Part shown: positions 61,601 through 64,000 of the stretch, one piece after another | How positions within the stretch are numbered: the stretch's first letter is position 1 | Layout of the letters: every line of letters begins with the position of its first letter | Assembly (NCBI GenBank): GCA_040954595.2 | Contig: CM082583.2 | Coordinates: 11,506,536-11,570,535, forward strand | From: Balanoglossus misakiensis | Taxonomy: Eukaryota; Animalia; Hemichordata | DNA length: 64,000 bases | Direction: 5' to 3' | Position numbers and translations under genes: made by a program | Notes under the pieces: model-generated | The model's input: the letters and a program-made list of their open reading frames with translations, nothing else | The model's database searches: none | What the model was told of the DNA's origin: nothing

Positions 61601-64000
61601 AAGTCGAAAAATCGTCGATTTTTCACGATTTTCCTGAGCTATAACCCATGGTTTTTTCCAAAAATGACCAATTTTTCAAAATTCGAAAAGTCGAAAAATC
61701 GTCGATTTTTCACGATTTTCCTGAGCTATAACCCATGGTTTTTTCAAAAAATGACCAATTTTTCAAAATTCGAAAAGTCGAAAAATCGTCGATTTCTGAC
61801 GATTTTCCTGAGCTATAACCCATGGTTTTTTCAAAAAATGACCAATTTTTCAAAATTCGAAAAGTCGAAAAATCGTCGATTTTTGACGATTTTCCTGAGC
61901 TATAACCCATGGTTTTTTCAAAAAATGACCAATTTTTCAAAATTCGAAAAGTCGAAAAATCGTCGATTTTTGACGATTTTCCTGAGCTATAACCCATGGT
62001 TTTTTCAAAAAATGACCAATTTTTCAAAATTCGAAAAGTCGAAAAATCGTCGATTTTTGACGATTTTCCTGAGCTATAACCCATGTTTTTTTCAAAAAAT
62101 GACCAATTTTTCAAAATTCGAAAAGTCGAAAAATCGTCGATTTTTGATGATTTTCCTGAGCTATAACCCATGGTTTTTTTCAAAAAATGACCAATTTTTC
62201 AAAATTCGAAAAGTCGAAAAATCGTCGATTTTTGATGATTTTCCTGAGCTATAACCCATGGTTTTTTCAAAAAATGACCAATTTTTCAAAATTCGAAAAG
62301 TCGAAAAATCGTCGATTTTTCACAATTTTCCTGAGCTATAACCCATGGTTTTTTCAAAAAATGACCAATTTTTCAAAATTCGAAAAGTCGAAAAATCGTC
62401 GATTTTTGACGATTTTCCTGAGCTATAACCCATGGTTTTTTCAAAAAATGACCAATTTTTCAAAATTCGAAAAGTCGAAAAATCGTCGATTTTTGACGAT
62501 TTTCCTGAGCTATAACCCATGGTTTTTTCAAAAAATGACAAATTTTTCAAAATCCGAAAAGTCGAAAAATCGTCGATTTCTGACGATTTTCCTGAGCTAT
62601 AACCCATGGTTTTTTCAAAAAATGACCAATTTTTCAAAATTCGAAAAGTCGAAAAATCGTCGATTTCTGACGATTTTCCTGAGCTATAACCCATGGTTTT
62701 TTCAAAAAATGACCAATTTTTCAAAATTCGAAAAGTCGAAAAATCGTCGATTTCTGACGATTTTCCTGAGCTATAACCCATGGTTTTTTCAAAAAATGAC
62801 CAATTTTTCAAAATTCGAAAAGTCGAAAAATCGTCGATTTTTGACGATTTTCCTGAGCTATAACCCATGGTTTTTTCAAAAAATGACCAATTTTTCAAAA
62901 TTCGAAAAGTCGAAAAATCGTCGATTTTTGACGATTTTCCTGAGCTATAACCCATGGTTTTTTCAAAAAATGACCAATTTTTCAAAATTCGAAAAGTCGA
63001 AAAATCGTCGATTTTTGACGATTTTCCTGAGCTATAACCCATGGTTTTTTCAAAAAATGACCAATTTTTCAAAATTCGAAAAGTCGAAAAATCGTCGATT
63101 TTTGACGATTTTCCTGAGCTATAACCCATGGTTTTTTCAAAAAATGACCAATTTTTCAAAATTCGAAAAGTCGAAAAATCGTCGAATTTTGACGATTTTC
63201 CTGAGCTATAACCCATGGTTTTTTCAAAAAATGACCAATTTTTCAAAATTCGAAAAGTCGAAAAATCGTCGATTTTTGACGATTTTCCTGAGCTATAACC
63301 CATGGTTTTTTCAAAAAATGACCAATTTTTCAAAATTCGAAAAGTCGAAAAATCGTCGATTTTTCACGATTTTCCTGAGCTATAACCCATGGTTTTTTCA
63401 AAAAATGACCATTTTTTCAAAATTCGAAAAGTCGAAAAATCGTCGATTTTTCACGATTTTCCTGAGCTATAACCCATGGTTTTTTCAAAAAATGACCAAT
63501 TTTTCAAAATTCGAAAAGTCGAAAAATCGTCGATTTTTCACGATTTTCCTGAGCTATAACCCATGGTTTTTTCAAAAAATGACCAATTTTTCAAAATTCG
63601 AAAAGTCGAAAAATCGTCGATTTTTCACGATTTTCCTGAGCTATAACCCATGGTTTTTTCAAAAAATGACCAATTTTTCAAAATTCGAAAAGTCGAAAAA
63701 TCGTCGATTTTTCACGATTTTCCTGAGCTATAACCCATGGTTTTTTCAAAAAATGACCAATTTTTCAAAATTCGAAAAGTCGAAAAATCGTCGATTTTTC
63801 ACGATTTTCCTGACCTATAACCCATGGTTTTTTCAAAAAATGACCAATTTTTCAAAATTCGAAAAGTCGAAAAATCGTCGATTTCTGACGATTTTCCTGA
63901 GCTATAAACCCATGTTTTTTCAAAAAATGACCAATTTTTCAAAATTCGAAAAGTCGAAAAATCGTCGATTTCTGACGATTTTCCTGAGCTATAACCCATG
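46553..64000 (+). repeat. 87-bp satellite DNA array, ~200 copies, continues past the window end
   Basis: Consensus TTTCAAAAAATGACCAATTTTTCAAAATTCGAAAAGTCGAAAAATCGTCGATTTTTGACGATTTTCCTGAGCTATAACCCATGGTTT; most copies differ by 0-3 nt. Confidence 0.99.

Noticed and set aside
46552-63999. Giant ORFs (up to 1682 aa) of 29-aa repeats on both strands
   Set aside because: The 87-bp unit is a multiple of three and happens to lack stops in some frames; indels break frames freely and there is no start context or unique domain.
46553-64000. CRISPR-like array or CENP-B box (TTCG...CG)
   Set aside because: No unique spacers and a eukaryotic context; TTCGAAAAGTCG has the wrong spacing and lacks CGGG.

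Overview
Animal (invertebrate bilaterian-like; species not determinable) genomic window: AT-rich, short introns, both major and minor spliceosome introns. I assembled seven host genes exon by exon by hand: STARD5/6-like (-), IER3IP1 (+, head-to-head with STARD5), a perilipin (-; two alternative acidic last exons and a probable long alternative first exon), NR2C2AP (-; with a U12 AT-AC intron), two tandem 11-exon DEG/ENaC channel genes (-; one intron is almost entirely (TCAC)n) and a 17-exon STRA6/STRA6L-like gene (+; four GC-AG introns). An intact 8.36-kb Ty3/Gypsy LTR retrotransposon (10744-19107, -) has 565-bp LTRs that look identical, a TAAC target-site duplication, a tRNA-Leu PBS, a PPT, and gag/pol joined by a -1 frameshift. 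It also carries an extra non-env zinc-finger/NLS ORF behind its own TATA/CCAAT elements, which is the best candidate here for something undescribed. The element sits 164 bp upstream of the putative long perilipin exon. From ~46.5 kb to the end is an 87-bp satellite array (~200 copies) with a ~105-bp palindrome at its border and nascent higher-order repeats; its giant ORFs are artefacts. All homology calls are from recalled family motifs, not database searches.
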